Below, one piece after another: positions 1 to 28,081 of a stretch of DNA of 64,000 nt. The stretch is taken from positions 8,432,001-8,496,000 of the forward strand of contig CM035351.1 in NCBI GenBank assembly GCA_020137815.1. The letters are read 5' to 3'. The notes beneath the pieces are model-generated. The model saw only the letters and a list, made by a program, of their open reading frames with translations, had not been told where the DNA came from and searched no databases. The translations under genes were made by a program, and so were the position numbers. The stretch comes from Hormiphora californensis. Lineage: Eukaryota; Animalia; Ctenophora. How positions within the stretch are numbered: position 1 is the stretch's first letter; every line of letters begins with the position of its first letter.

Positions 1-210
1 AATAAAGAGAGAAAGTTACGTTATCAACCTCCCCGTAGAGAGAGAGCGAGAGAGCGAGCTCTTTTTGTCTAACAATTAACTCTTTAAGTATATTAACAGC
101 TCCAGACCATGACCTTATTGACCAGTTAAATTTTAGAGCTGTCAGGTCTATTGATTTCTAGAGGTTCTCTACTTTGTTGAGTAAAAACAGCCTGTTTTGT
201 ACACGTGTAG

Positions 211-572
211 ATCACTACATCTCGTCAGCTGAACATGCCTGAGGGAGGACCAACCCCTGGGACCACCCGTTTTGACAATCGCCTTCAGATGGTATGTTTT
301 ATAACCTGAACTAAACCGATCCATGTTCCCACGACCGAATAGCTAGTACCGCCAGTTTCAATAAACGGTACCGAGTGTTAACTCATACTGGTTATGGTTC
401 TTCTATCTAAATTGATCACTATTGACCCCTTGTTCAGATAGAGCACAAGCTGAACATTTACGTGAGAAGTGTGGCTAAATTCCGGGAGATGGTCCAGGAG
501 AACCTGATGAGAATGGGAGGAGAGTCTCAGTATGGTTCCAATGATAACATCGCAGGAGCAGGAGCCAAGTAA
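211..572 (+). CDS. Last two exons of an unidentified gene entering from the left
   Basis: Exons 211-291 (tag|...ATG|gtatgt) and 438-572 (ttcag|...TAA) splice in phase 0 to ITTSRQLNMPEGGPTPGTTRFDNRLQM/IEHKLNIYVRSVAKFREMVQENLMRMGGESQYGSNDNIAGAGAK*. Family not recognised. Confidence 0.55.
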
Positions 573-726
573 CTTGGATAGTGTCTCAGGCAGGAGCCAA
601 GTAACTTGGATAGTGTCTCAGGCAGGAGCCAAATAACTTAAGGATATAGTGTCCCAGGGAGGAGCCAAGTAACTTGGATAGTGTCCCAGGAGCAGGAGCC
701 AAGTAACTTGGATATAGTCTCCCAAG
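559..726 (+). repeat. ~32-bp tandem repeat, ~5 copies, overlapping the stop codon
   Basis: Unit CAGGAGCCAAGTAACTTGGATAGTGTC(T/C)CAGG with internal palindrome CCAAGT-A-ACTTGG. Confidence 0.9.
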
Positions 727-1196
727 CTGGAAAACCTATAGTGAGCCGGCACATTGATATGGACACGAGAGTTACTAGTTGAGGAATGGAATATTTGAGT
801 GCGAGCTGGTTTTAGCATTTTTGAAAAACTTAATTTTGACAGAGAAACACTTGTAGCCAATATTTTTCTTCTGCTTTAAAAAAATTCAGCATAATATTAA
901 TCTCGTTGTTTCCCTATATGATTAGGAAGGGTGTGTCAGAGACAGCGTCAACATTTGTATTGTTCATACGCACGAGAGTCAGAATAAGTCAAGTCAGCAC
1001 AGACCTTTTTTCCTCTCTATTTCTCGATCTGACACATCTGTCTCCTGTCCTAATTTTGCGTTCTTTTGTTTTCAGCCTTCATAAACAGATCATCTTAGAA
1101 TCCAAATGCTGCTAACTCAATAGAAATCCGAACATCTGTCATGTGAGACGTGGTTTATAAATGAGCCTCTAGCTGCCATGACAACCAATTGTTACC

Positions 1197-3879
1197 ATGT
1201 TTACCGTTGTACTGTGTGTATTGAGCCTGGTGGCCAGTTCCCATGGTTACCGGCTCGTTGAGGAAGATGGAGTGGTGGACTACACTGGGTACAAGACCAT
1301 TAGGGTGGATCTGAGTGGGTCTGCCGGGGCGGCTGCTGTTGTTAGGGAGTGGGTGGATGCGGAGAGGGTGGATGTCCTCAATGAGGGTATTGGGGATGAG
1401 GCTGATCTGTTGGTGGGACCTAACGAGTGGGAGTCCGTCACAGGAGAGTTGGAGAAACTCGCTGCTTCTTACGAGGTATATTAGCTCTGGTTACCATGGT
1501 TACAAAATAGTGATCACATGTGCCGCAAATAGTTATTATAGAATTTGATCATGGTTACCATGGCAACACTTGGCTTGTTTAGATTCTCAGTGAGGATGTT
1601 GTGGGTGATGTTGAATCTGAGCGAGTTCAACTCCTATCTGCCGTTCCTGGGGTGTTCGACTTCAAGAACTACTATGCTGTCAAGTAGGTTCAAACCTGTC
1701 AGAGCATTGGCCTGCCAGGTTCAAACAGACACGTGTAGAAACTTAATCAGTTGAAATTAGTTGAGATTCATTTTGGCACAGTGTCAAACTGTCAAATATG
1801 ATCCGGGAACCCAATGATTAGGTAAATTGTAATGAATAGTGTGAGAAGTGTGAATTTACTATGGACACTTCCAGGTACATGCATGCCCATTTGGATGCCC
1901 TTGTTACCCGACATCCTGGAAAAGCAGAAACCTTCAGTCTGGGACAGAGTTACCAGGGACGAGATATGAAGGCCATCAGGATCAGTAACAACGTTGCTAA
2001 TTCTGGCAGTAAGCCAATCATCTGGGTGGATGGAGGGATTCACGCCCGGGAATGGGTCTCCTCTGCAACTGTCATGTACATTATTAACTCACTACTTGGG
2101 GAGGTGGAACCTTCCCTACAGGGCAAGGTAAGTTATCTTTTTTATGGGAGGTGACTTCGTTCAACACGGATCAAAGCCTCCGGAGGCCTCCTCAACATTC
2201 AACCATCTAGCTTCCATCAAGCTTATGATAAAGACAGGGATGTTGTTGTTTAGTAACACAAGTTCCCGTCTATCTAGTTCCAGGGTCTAATGAACAAGTA
2301 CCAGTTCGTCATCCTGCCCATGAGTAACCCCGATGGTTACGAGTTTAGTAGGACCAGTAACAGGTTCTGGAGGAAAACGAGGCGACCCAGCGGCTGCAAG
2401 TATGGGTATGAGACCAACGATGGACGATGTATCTACGGAAAGTGTTACGGAGTTGATCCCAACAGGTACAATTTTATCATTTTATCACTTGGGCAAATTT
2501 AGATCTTTTAGGAGCTAATTTGTACCCGATCCAGAATAGTAAGTGAGAATTGATGCCGAAGAAGGGTCGGTGGGTACTCACTAGACCAATATGTAGCAAG
2601 AGAATTAACACAAGATCGTTTCCAAACATTGTCTCACCTTGCCTAGCTAGACTGTGTTTTTACAAATGTAAAGGAGGGTTAGCACATAACAAGTCTCACC
2701 ATCCTACAGGAACTGGGACATTGATTTCGGACGACAGGGTGTCAGTAGGAACCCATGTAGCGATGTTTTCCCCGGAAAGTCTGCCTTTACGGAGAAGAAT
2801 ACCCAGGCTATGAGCAGTTGGCTGGGCAACCATGCAAGGTAGGAATAGGTACTTTGTACTCGCCAAAATGGGTGAAAGAAATCCCATCCCACCCCTTATT
2901 TTTCTGGCGGCACCAGCCCCAGTTTTGAAAGTGCGCTCAGATCAGGTCGCTGCCGCCAAACAGCCCCTTATTCACTGCACTAATAATAGGCTACTGACGA
3001 GTGTAGTCTGTAGATGTGTACCCTCAACCTTGATATATTTCAGTCAGATTGATCTATACCTGAGTTTCCACTCCTACTCACAACTATTCCTGAAACCCGT
3101 GGGTTACGATCCAAAACCCCCTGTTGATGCCGCCATGCACAACGCCGCCGGATCTGCTGTTGTCAACGCCATTTACGGTATGTGTATAACATGTTGCAAC
3201 ACCATATACGGTATCCGTACATTGTACAACGCTATATATGGTGTGTTTGCTGCGGTATAGGATAGATGAGATGCACCAAGAGAAAACCAGGGGGTGGTAC
3301 ATGTGGTAATCTACAAGAAACTAACAGCGGCTCCCTAATTCCCCGGTACCCAGGTACCCAGGTTTACAAGACAGTAAGACACTAACAGGCTCCCTCCCCC
3401 CTCAGGCACCCATGGGAAGGTATACAAGAACATTAGAAGTGTGGAACTGTACCCCACCAGTGGTTCCAGTCAGGATTGGATGTACTCAAAGGGGGTGAAG
3501 AATGCCTATACCATCGAGTTAAGGGACACTGGACGACACGGATTCCAGCTACCCGCTTCTCAGGTTAGTAGCTGGAGAACTAATCATGATAACTGCCCAC
3601 AATCAGCTACGACCACTATAAAGGCAACATTTCACGACAAAAACATACAACTAGTTAGGACGTTGATGTTGCATGCAGTATTCTCAAACACATGAGAACC
3701 TGAGAAGTGAGAAGGGTCAAGGTAATGAGAATCCCATTTAGTATAAACTTACCCAATATTTGGTTGCGAAGGAGGGGTAATTTTATTACCCAGTATCACA
3801 TGATGTCCAACTGTTTCAGATCATTCCCACGGGAGAAGAAAATGTCCGCGGATTCCTGGCTCTCTTGGAGACCCTGTAA
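1197..3879 (+). CDS. Secreted M14A (carboxypeptidase A/B-type) zinc metallocarboxypeptidase with propeptide, ~8 exons
   Basis: Signal peptide, propeptide (YTGYKTIRV), GIHAREW (H69/E72), FWRKTR (R127), GVDPNRNW, SFHSYSQ (H196), LYPTSGSSQDW (Y248), YTIELRD (E270), LPASQ/IIPTGEE..LETL*. Exons ~1197-1475, 1583-1683, 1875-2127, 2278-2465, 2710-2837, 3044-3177, 3406-3563, 3820-3879. Confidence 0.93.
2900..2963. mobile_element. 64-bp mini-MITE with 8-bp TSD
   Basis: Ends TTTTCTGGCGGCA / TGCCGCCAAACAG, flanked by CCCCTTAT on both sides; internal GTGCGCTCAGATCAGGTCG shared with the copy at 49523-49601. Confidence 0.7.
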
Positions 3880-4602
3880 ACAAATTAACTTTCTGAACAG
3901 ATTTCATTTAACTTTTGTTTACTGTGATTATCAGATAAAATTATGACTGATTGAAAGAATTACATAAACCTAAAAGTAACTGCGTACCACATTTTGATGG
4001 TAAATTCCAGCTGGTTACTGGGCCATATCTCGCACATAACGGAGTGAACTGCAGGTGGAAATGGTACCAAAGACATATCTTGAGGGGAGGTTGAACGGTT
4101 GTAGTCATCACCTAATACCTATGGAATACTGGTAGGCTTTGAACTTTTCAGTGGTAATGGATTAGGGAGGATCAGTCGAGGGGAAATGTGACAATAATGA
4201 GCTCATTTCCATCTCATTAGAGGGTTGTGGAAAGGGTTGGATGTTAAATAAATACAGCTTGGTTTTACAAAACGGATCAAAAAATCAAAAACTTTACAAA
4301 CGAATATGTATAAAAGATGAGTGTTCGTTCTAAAAAAGGTAAATAAGTCAAGTGATTAAGCCAAAACTCCTAACAAATCACAATAGAAAGTAATCAATAC
4401 AATAATTCTGACAAGTCCTAACAATTCCCAAAATCACTGATCCATTCTCCCAACTACTACTGTTTCACACACACACACGACAAGGTGGTTGGTGGTTGCT
4501 AAAAAGTGTCCAAAGTTGCCCAAAATTAAAACCGTTTTACTCTCCTCGATCCGATAAAGAGTCAGCGTGATGCCTGACAGTCCAAGAAAGGGTCACAGTT
4601 TC

Positions 4603-19987
<15,385 letters not shown>

Positions 19988-20093
19988 CCCAGTGATTACA
20001 CTGTTTCAGCACAATTTAGTCGAGATTTTGATCCTTTACTTTTAGGATGAGATATTCAAACAATCACCTGTCGAGTGTCGACTCTCGACTGTT

Positions 20094-20860
20094 TAGTTGG
20101 CAAACGTTGCTGGCCCCCGTGGGATAAGGCAGCGCTTTTCAAACTGTTTAGTGTTTTGGTTTTCGGAAAATCTTGTTGGCAAAAATCTTGGCATACGTTG
20201 CAGTCCCCTTATAATATAATATAAAGTCCATTTTTATTCAACTGTTCACCCTCCAACTCGTGCGCATGCGATATTTGAATTTACGCTGCGCGCGCTACAC
20301 GTTAACATGTGATAGACGCGCAAAAAAATTCCGCGCACGACTTTGGGGGGTGAACAGTTGAAAAAAAATGGAGTATATAATATGTTGCGGGGGTGCGTGC
20401 ATGAGGGGGCGCGCGCATGAGGGGGCTGCAGCGCATTCCAAGCAAAAATCTCGAAACTTTAAAGTCGGATTTTTTGAAACTGTCACCCCAAAATGACCGC
20501 GCATGTGAAATTTATCAATTTTGACGCGCACACCACACGTTAACATGTGATGTGACGCGCAAAAACATTCCGCGCACGAAAAGGGGGGTGACAGTTTCAA
20601 AAAATCCGACTTTAAAAAAAGTCAGTGGCCAGGCCTGGCTGGCCAGGCCTGGCTGGGCGGCTCGCACGGGCGAGATGAATGTAACGCGCTAATTAAAGTT
20701 ATAAAACGCTGCAAACTCGAATAAGCTTCGTGCGCGTTCAATAATTTCGAGATCGAAGTGATTTTTTTAAAAGTTCGAAGTCTTTTTTAAAAAAAATCGT
20801 AAAATTGAAAACCTAGCTTCTTGATAAGCACTGCCTTATTCCGTAGCATTTGCCAACCTG
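20094..20860. mobile_element. Degenerate MITE-like element in the divergent TECPR1/DUF445 intergenic region
   Basis: Imperfect inverted ends GTTGGCAAA...ATAAGGCAGCGCTT versus AAGCACTGCCTTAT...TTTGCCAACCTG; internal direct repeat CACGTTAACATGTGAT...CCGCGCACGA and inverted TTTAAAGTCGGATTTTTTGAAACTGTCACCCC. No TSD seen. Confidence 0.45.
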
Positions 20861-21458
20861 GTTTCTCAGTATAGGGATTAGGGAACCCTAAAAATTTCAG
20901 TATTAACATAGCGTTTGCACCTAGAGCGCACACGCTGCTCTGGGTGTAACGACTGTGTAAACGCTGTGTAAACTACTGATCTTTTTTAGGGATGAGGGAT
21001 CCCTATTTGGGTTGGTAGCCAGTAACCATCCCCTGAAGCGATCATCACGTCGTCCATCGCATGCCTTTAAACTTTAATAGTCTTTAAACGGATGTTTGAA
21101 TTTGACCGCTTTAGTCGCGGTGGAGAGATGTTCATTGTTCATACAACACTAGTCATTAGGTTCTTTAGTTGTTTCCTCGATTTATAACGCATAAAAGCGG
21201 TATATCAAATGTATATAGTATTATTATTATCATTTTGATTTGCCTTTTTCGGACCCTGCCTCACGGCGCCCCACGACCCACGTCCTGCATGTCGAAATTG
21301 AAACACGAATGTTAGAACATAACAAGGATTGCCAATAAGCATTTTAATACTTTTTAAGTTGAGAACCTCAGCCACTTCAGTATGTTTTTGTTTATATTAC
21401 AAATTACAAATGAAAGCCCACAGCTCGGTAGATGACATGATTGCGATGTAATGTGTAA

Positions 21459-23378
21459 ATGGCTGATACCGAGGCAGGACCTGTACCTTCGGTGATCTCC
21501 AACAAGGGGGTATCAACAGTTGCAACTGACAGCTATGATCCCGCTTCACAAACCGTACATGCTAATGTCCTCCAGGCCACAGTAAGTCAAACTAACGAAT
21601 GTGACAATATCCTGTTTCGAGCTTATAAACTTCCTACTTTCTTTTCCATTTTGATATTAACTGCTCGACTGGTTCTAACTTATCTGGTCAACTTAATCCA
21701 ACCAGAATTCGGGCGGATGCTGCACGTGGTCGGCGGTGAAGAAGATCGTTTGGAACAAGGCCAACTTTAGTAACTTCCTCACATTCACCATCATGGTCAT
21801 TGGGACATGTCTCATCGCTTTTTACAATACAGGTAACGCTTTATTACTTGAATATTTACTGGGTTGTTTAGATTAAATTCGAGATTGGTATGCTATGGCA
21901 TATATGTAATAATTCTTCAATCAGGCAATGAAACAGTTGTAAAGGCCCTCAAGTTGGTTCGAGCTTTTGGACTTTTTGGCTTTGCTGGAGGTGTGACAAA
22001 CTGGCTGGCAATTCGGATGCTTTTCGAAAAAATACCATTTTTAATTGGCAGGTACAATAATAAAATGATCAATAATCTATGCTCTAATTATTCCGAATAA
22101 TTAGAGCATTTAACAGAATAATATTCTTGAAGCACAAGTCCCAAATTTCACTTTTTCAGTGGTGTTCTGCTGTCAAACTTTGCAGAGATCCGAGATAACG
22201 TTAAACGTACAACCATGGAAACCTACTTTGATCCAGGACCACTCAGTAATTATGTGACCCAGAAAACTGAGATAATTCTCAACTCAATCCAATTCGGTAA
22301 ATATAAAACCAGCAGAATATATCACCCATTGTGGTTCCGCTTTGTTGAAATTGTAGTGTCATACTGTACCGCGGGTGTAACTGATATAACGGCATCTTCT
22401 TACACAATTTGCTTTCTTTTATTATTAGCCCTATCTTTCCAACTCTATTCACGTTACCCTTATTATACCGAATCCTAATTGTCCAATAAAACTCCTCACT
22501 TTTTCAGAGGATACTGTCAGGGATATCATGACATGCCCTGAGGTACAAGCAATGATCTCAGACAAAGTTGACGAAATGTTCACAACTCCGCAGGTATTTG
22601 TTGATACTGTCGGTCATATGTTGATAGTATTGTTAATGAATGATGTTGTTAATTTTGTTAATACTATACCGATCACTAAGTTCTGACCTTTGAAGATCTG
22701 TTTGAGACACGAACCTCTTGCCAAACAATTCACTTCAATTAATTCCACTTCAGGGGCTCATATTTGGAGTCGTTCTGAACAAGGACAAGGTCAAAGAAGG
22801 CGTTTTGATTTCAGTAGAAAATGCTGGATCTGAAATGGTTCCAGTAATTGGGGAGTTGGTGAAGAACAGTGAAGTAAGCAATGTTTTGTATGAAATTAAT
22901 TGGCACTACCAGGGTTGCTACAGACATGAAATGTATCAAATTTCTTCCCCAATTCCCCATTTCAGTTTCTTGATGAGGATAGATTGAGGGATCAGATAGA
23001 CAGGCTTATCACTGCTAAACTCATGGAAATGCAACCCAAAAACATTATTGCGGTAGGTTGCAATGACAGATGTGCATTTGTAATTCCACGCATTTTAATT
23101 ATTCAGCCTATTTCCGGGATTAAGAATGCCAATACATACTGTCAAATTCCCTTACTTCATATGCTTGCACATTCACGCCCACACGCAAAACACATCATCT
23201 TCATCGCAATACGTACCAGTGTACTTTCCATCAATCATCATGTTTTCCTAATAATCCAATTTTTCAGGTTGTCAGCGACATGGTTGAGACAGAACTCGGT
23301 TGGGTTGTGGTTTGGGGAAATATCTTTGGAGGTCTTCTTGGTTTGGCGCTTGAGATTGTAGTTGTTTTAAAAGAGTGA
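21459..23378 (+). CDS. DUF445-like membrane protein, ~8 exons
   Basis: GFAGGVTNWLAIRMLFEKIPFLIGSGV and C-terminal ETELGWVVVWGNIFGGLLGL resemble the two conserved ends of DUF445 proteins. Exons ~21459-21580, 21705-21831, 21925-22050, 22160-22296, 22508-22592, 22753-22872, 22966-23052, 23268-23378. Confidence 0.8.
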
Positions 23379-26300
23379 ACTAGCCTTTACTTGTGGGACT
23401 TTTTACAATATCATTTGCATTTTTATAGTGGTTATTTAGATCTGAATTGAGTTGGATTTAACAAAATATATTCCTTTCCTCGTCTCCCAAAACGGATCGG
23501 TACATGAAATATATTCAATTTGCTCTTCAAAGGAGGATGATATATTCGTGATTATGTCTTATTTAGCTAATCTATGTTTATATCTGGCATCTCCAACTCC
23601 ACGAATATCCGTGTACAATGTACTAACACTGTACACGATCCAATAAAATGTACATATTGTACAAGCCCCGTCTGAATTGTAAGCATGGCTGAGATTGCGT
23701 CAGGCGCGGTGACATTTTAGTGATCCAAATCGCGCGGCATATCAACCACTGCTGCGCGCGCCCCTCATCCGATCAGGTCGGTCGACCCATGATACCACTT
23801 CTCCAGTTCTCCAGTCTTCCGATAAACTGGATGAAACCATTGTTACACCAGATACCAGCAGGTAATAAGGGTTAGGTAGTAGCAAACATTCCTGCTGATA
23901 TACTATCAAATACAATTCAAACTAGAAGTTTTTCATCGAGAAATACAAATCTACATGACAAGTTCATCCCATCATTTTCATCGTACCCAAAAAACGCACC
24001 ATCTTTCTCTCTCTCTCCACACGTTAACAGCCGAGCCCTATATCATATTAAAACACATTTTCCTCTCAAGGAGGGGCGGGTATTAACATTGTAAACTATC
24101 CCTCTACAGTAGGACAGCTGCCTATCCCCATACTTCTTATATCTTTCTCTTCTCCGTAGGAGTAACATAGGAGTAACAATTATCGTAACGTAGGAGTAAC
24201 AATTATCTGTCTCTCTCTCTATCTCCCTCTCATATATTAACCACTGAACACTGCGTTTAATAAACAAAAGTAATAAGTTTCGCAGCACGCTTTGGAAATG
24301 TGTGTGTGAGTGAAAGTGATTCTCTCAGCTCTCTCACATTCTTCTAAATGTATATAGTATCGCCCACACAGATTCATTGTTGTGTGCAACTTTTGAATTT
24401 GGCACGGTGGACCTTGACACAAGATGGCCCTGTTTTCAGGGGGGTCAACTGAACACGCGTGCCTGCAACACCGGCTCTCACAGCTGCAGGTAAAATGTGC
24501 GGGAATTATTCATTTCGCCTCCAGGAATAAATTAACACTCAGCAATGTTACCTAAACTAGGACTTTCTAAAGATTTCTCTAGCTCTAATTTAGCTCTCTT
24601 TCTCTCACTCTCTCACTCCGGCTATCCATAATCTTGTATTAAACATGATGAGAAATTGTCTTAATAATAATGATAAGTCTTGGTGGCGAATAGTTGTAAT
24701 AACTTAAAAGAAGTGATAAAAGTAGTGGCCCATCTCCCAAGCACTAACCGTTTTCAAAACTGTATTAACAAAAAAGCTGTAAATATATCCAATTTGGCAG
24801 GTTAAAGGACGGCTCTATCATTTGTGCACTAAAGAAATCATACATTTCACCCTAATATAATATGATTTTTATAAAAACCATAACTCTAAAGCCCGGATTT
24901 TAGTACTTGTTTTTGTTTGTTCTTAGCACCAGTGCAAATGTACAACATTAAAATTAGCTTGTTGGTCATATAACAGGTGGCAATGACATGACAAGTACTA
25001 AAAACTGGACTTGACTCTCTCTCACTCTTTCTCTCACTCTCTCTCTCTCTCTCTCTCACTCTCTCTCTCTTTCTCTTTCATACCATAAGACAATTTGAGT
25101 ATGTTTGGTTGATGGATTGGTATGGATTTCATGTACAAAAACTGCTAACAATAATATTTAATATAATCATAGATAGTTTGTGTGCGTGTGTGTTTGTGTG
25201 TGCGGGGGTATTATAACTATAGATTTGTGGTCTTATTTTAACTTATCATAACACGAAAAAACATTATGTTCTACCCCACAAAATACCCAGAGGAGGATCA
25301 CTTGTCTGGCCCTGGTCCATCTCTCAATGCTACCCCTTTCTGTCTGACGAATTGAGTTCATCTTGTGGAAGGGGTGACTTTAGGGCGGAATAAATAAACT
25401 GAGAGGATGGCACAGCATGACATGTGAGATTTAGATATTAAACCCAATTATATTATGGGAATGTACCATTCTCTGGTCATGGGGCACAAGGCAAGTTCCA
25501 CCTCCGAAACATCATGGGGGACCGATATACAATATATATGTTGGTGAAAAATATTACCTAGGTATTTGAAAAATAAACATAGCGACACTCAATATCTTTC
25601 TCTATCTCTCTTTCTGAGAGATGCTCTACTAATCTTGAGATGGGCGTGTGTAAATGACTGTGTATATGATGCTATAATCTGGGAAGGCTGGGGATGGGGT
25701 ACATAAAATTCGAGACAGGTCAGGGATTCAGATCTAACTAGCTCTTCTGTTATACAAGGTGACATCGGGTGATATACTGTCTAGTTAGAGCTGAACATAG
25801 CGGAAGAAATGACAGAAGTCTATCAGATTATCTCGCCACCTGACATCCCTAAACCGCTCACTCCCCCGCCAATCCTTCCGGAAGTGCCAAATATACAGCA
25901 AAATCTGTCGCTATCACTTCTCTTTCTCTCCTTTGGATTTCACAAAATGTAAAATGTTGCACCCAAAAAATTCTTTCTCACTGTATCACTCTCTCTTTGG
26001 TATCTATCGACTATCACACGAAGGTCCCTCCATTTCCTATTTCTCTCCCTCCCTCCATCTCCGTAAAGCAAAAAAGCTGCATTTGGAGACAGATAAAGGA
26101 AGGGAAAAATAGAAAATTTGGGTAAATCAGAAGAAGCCTAATCCTATAAATCGTGTTGGTGTCCCTCTCTCTTTACACTGGGGTGCAGTGTGTCTAATGG
26201 CAGTTCATTTGCAGCAATGTATTATCATGTAGGGTCATATCACACGGCTTACATGGTAAAGCCTAGTCAACAACCCGCAGACAATTCACTGTCAATTAAA

Positions 26301-26422
26301 AACTTGCCATTAATTGGAAGAGAGCCTGATTAGATCACATTAGGGACCGCTACAGTCACCTAAATGTCTAGCAACTACATTGTGTAACGAAATTAACAAA
26401 TGAACTGCCATTATCTACTCTA

Positions 26423-27162
26423 CTAGGGGCGTAACAATATTAATTGGGAGATAATTACTACAACTAATAGGACCCCCAGCGACTGGGGCGAGGGTGAGGA
26501 GGAGTGGAGACACTCCTCAGAGCACGTCCAGTGTCCGTTGAAGCACGTACAATCTCCACACGGTAACTGACGGGACTGTCCGGACCTGAGAGAGTGAAAA
26601 TAGGGGGTTACAGGGTGTGGTCAGTTGAGGTTTTAGTTTGGGGAACAAGGGTACAAATGGTAACCGTGGAAGTTGTTTACACTTACGCTGTAACGTTCCC
26701 CTCCATACTACATCCAGTACACGTGTCGTGACTACACTCCATCCTCCCATCAATACAGGGACAGCTGAGACACCCCTTTGAGTAGACATCCCCATGTCGA
26801 ATCGAGGTAGTATTACCCCCTCCAGTATCCACTAAACACCCCTTGCACCCACGGTCCAGACACTCCAGACGATTATGTTTGCACGTGCACACCGAGCAGC
26901 CCAGAGAAGTGAGGGCCCGTGGTTGGTCACAATAACCCCCACTTGTGGCGGCCCATCTGCGACCCCTCGCCACCGTGAGAAGGTGGCCGCCACAGGAGGT
27001 CTGACAGCACCGCCCGGCCGGGGATGTGGCCGGATCGCACGTACTGGCAGTGACACAGGGCAGCTGCGAGGGATGGGGGCACGATGGGTTCCGTGCTGAC
27101 GATGTGACTCCGCTGGTTAAACTGTTTAGAAGGAGTAACGGCATGAGCCAGATAAGGTACAT
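26423..27162 (-). CDS. Secreted Cys-rich protein: signal peptide, WAP-like module, three short VWC/pacifastin-like repeats, hydrophobic (GPI-like) C-terminus; 2 exons
   Basis: Exons 27162-26687 and 26585-26423 join in phase 2. Repeats CSVCTCKHNRLEC, CLSCPCIDGRMEC, CGDCTCFNGHWTC; tail SSSPSPQSLGVLLVVVIISQLILLRP*. Confidence 0.75.
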
Positions 27163-27528
27163 TTTGTCGAGATCATATCATTGTGTCCTGGACGGGATTT
27201 CCATAACCCACTTCCAATACATTATCCTATACGGTGAGATACAGAGGTTAGTTTGTTTTGTTCAATCCCTTTTTAGGAGAGACACGGTCGAACAAATCAA
27301 GGGTAAGTTGCACATGGGGATTGCTATGGTAAAACGGGGGGATAGTCAGGGCAAGAAGCAACGGGAAAGCATTAACGCGTATTAGAAGCAATTCTATGGA
27401 GGTAGTGGACGTCATAGGGAGAATCTGGGAGCAAGAGTGGGGAATTTTGGGTAAAAGAGGGCACATAATGCAAAATAAATCCACATGTCACGTAGGGAAT
27501 ATGTCAAAGAGATGAAGGCGGAGAAGTG

Positions 27529-27589
<61 letters not shown>

Positions 27590-28081
27590 AGAGATACAGA
27601 GAGAGAGGAGAGAGAATGGAGGGGGCGGCGTCTTTGAAAAGCAATAAAGTACACTGTATGCGGGTTGTCAAATAGCGAACGGTACTTGGTACAGAATATA
27701 AAACTGTGTAAAAATGGAGAAAACCTACTTAGAATAAATTAAAGTTGACTACTGATTCACATTAGTTTCCCTCTAATTCTCAGTATTCTTAGTCTTGTCA
27801 AAAAAGCACTTGTATGACTATGTAGCGAAGTGTTGAAAAGATATGGGTTAAGAGAAGATTAGGAGATAGTCCTAATTTTCTGACTGGAGAGAAGGGTAGA
27901 AAAAGAGGAATACGTTCACAGTTCTGTGGAACTGAAGGACCTCTCTCAGGCAGGATAGGCTCCGAAGTTCATTGCGCGCGGTTCTGGTACGCTGACAACA
28001 GCTTACTTTAACTTGATGGCGCGCGTTCGGCAGCCCACTGCTTCGGTAGACCCCCTCTTCTCCACTCCACTCTTCACCCCA

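Noticed and set aside
559-726. CRISPR-like palindromic repeats
   Set aside because: Units are directly adjacent with no variable spacers.
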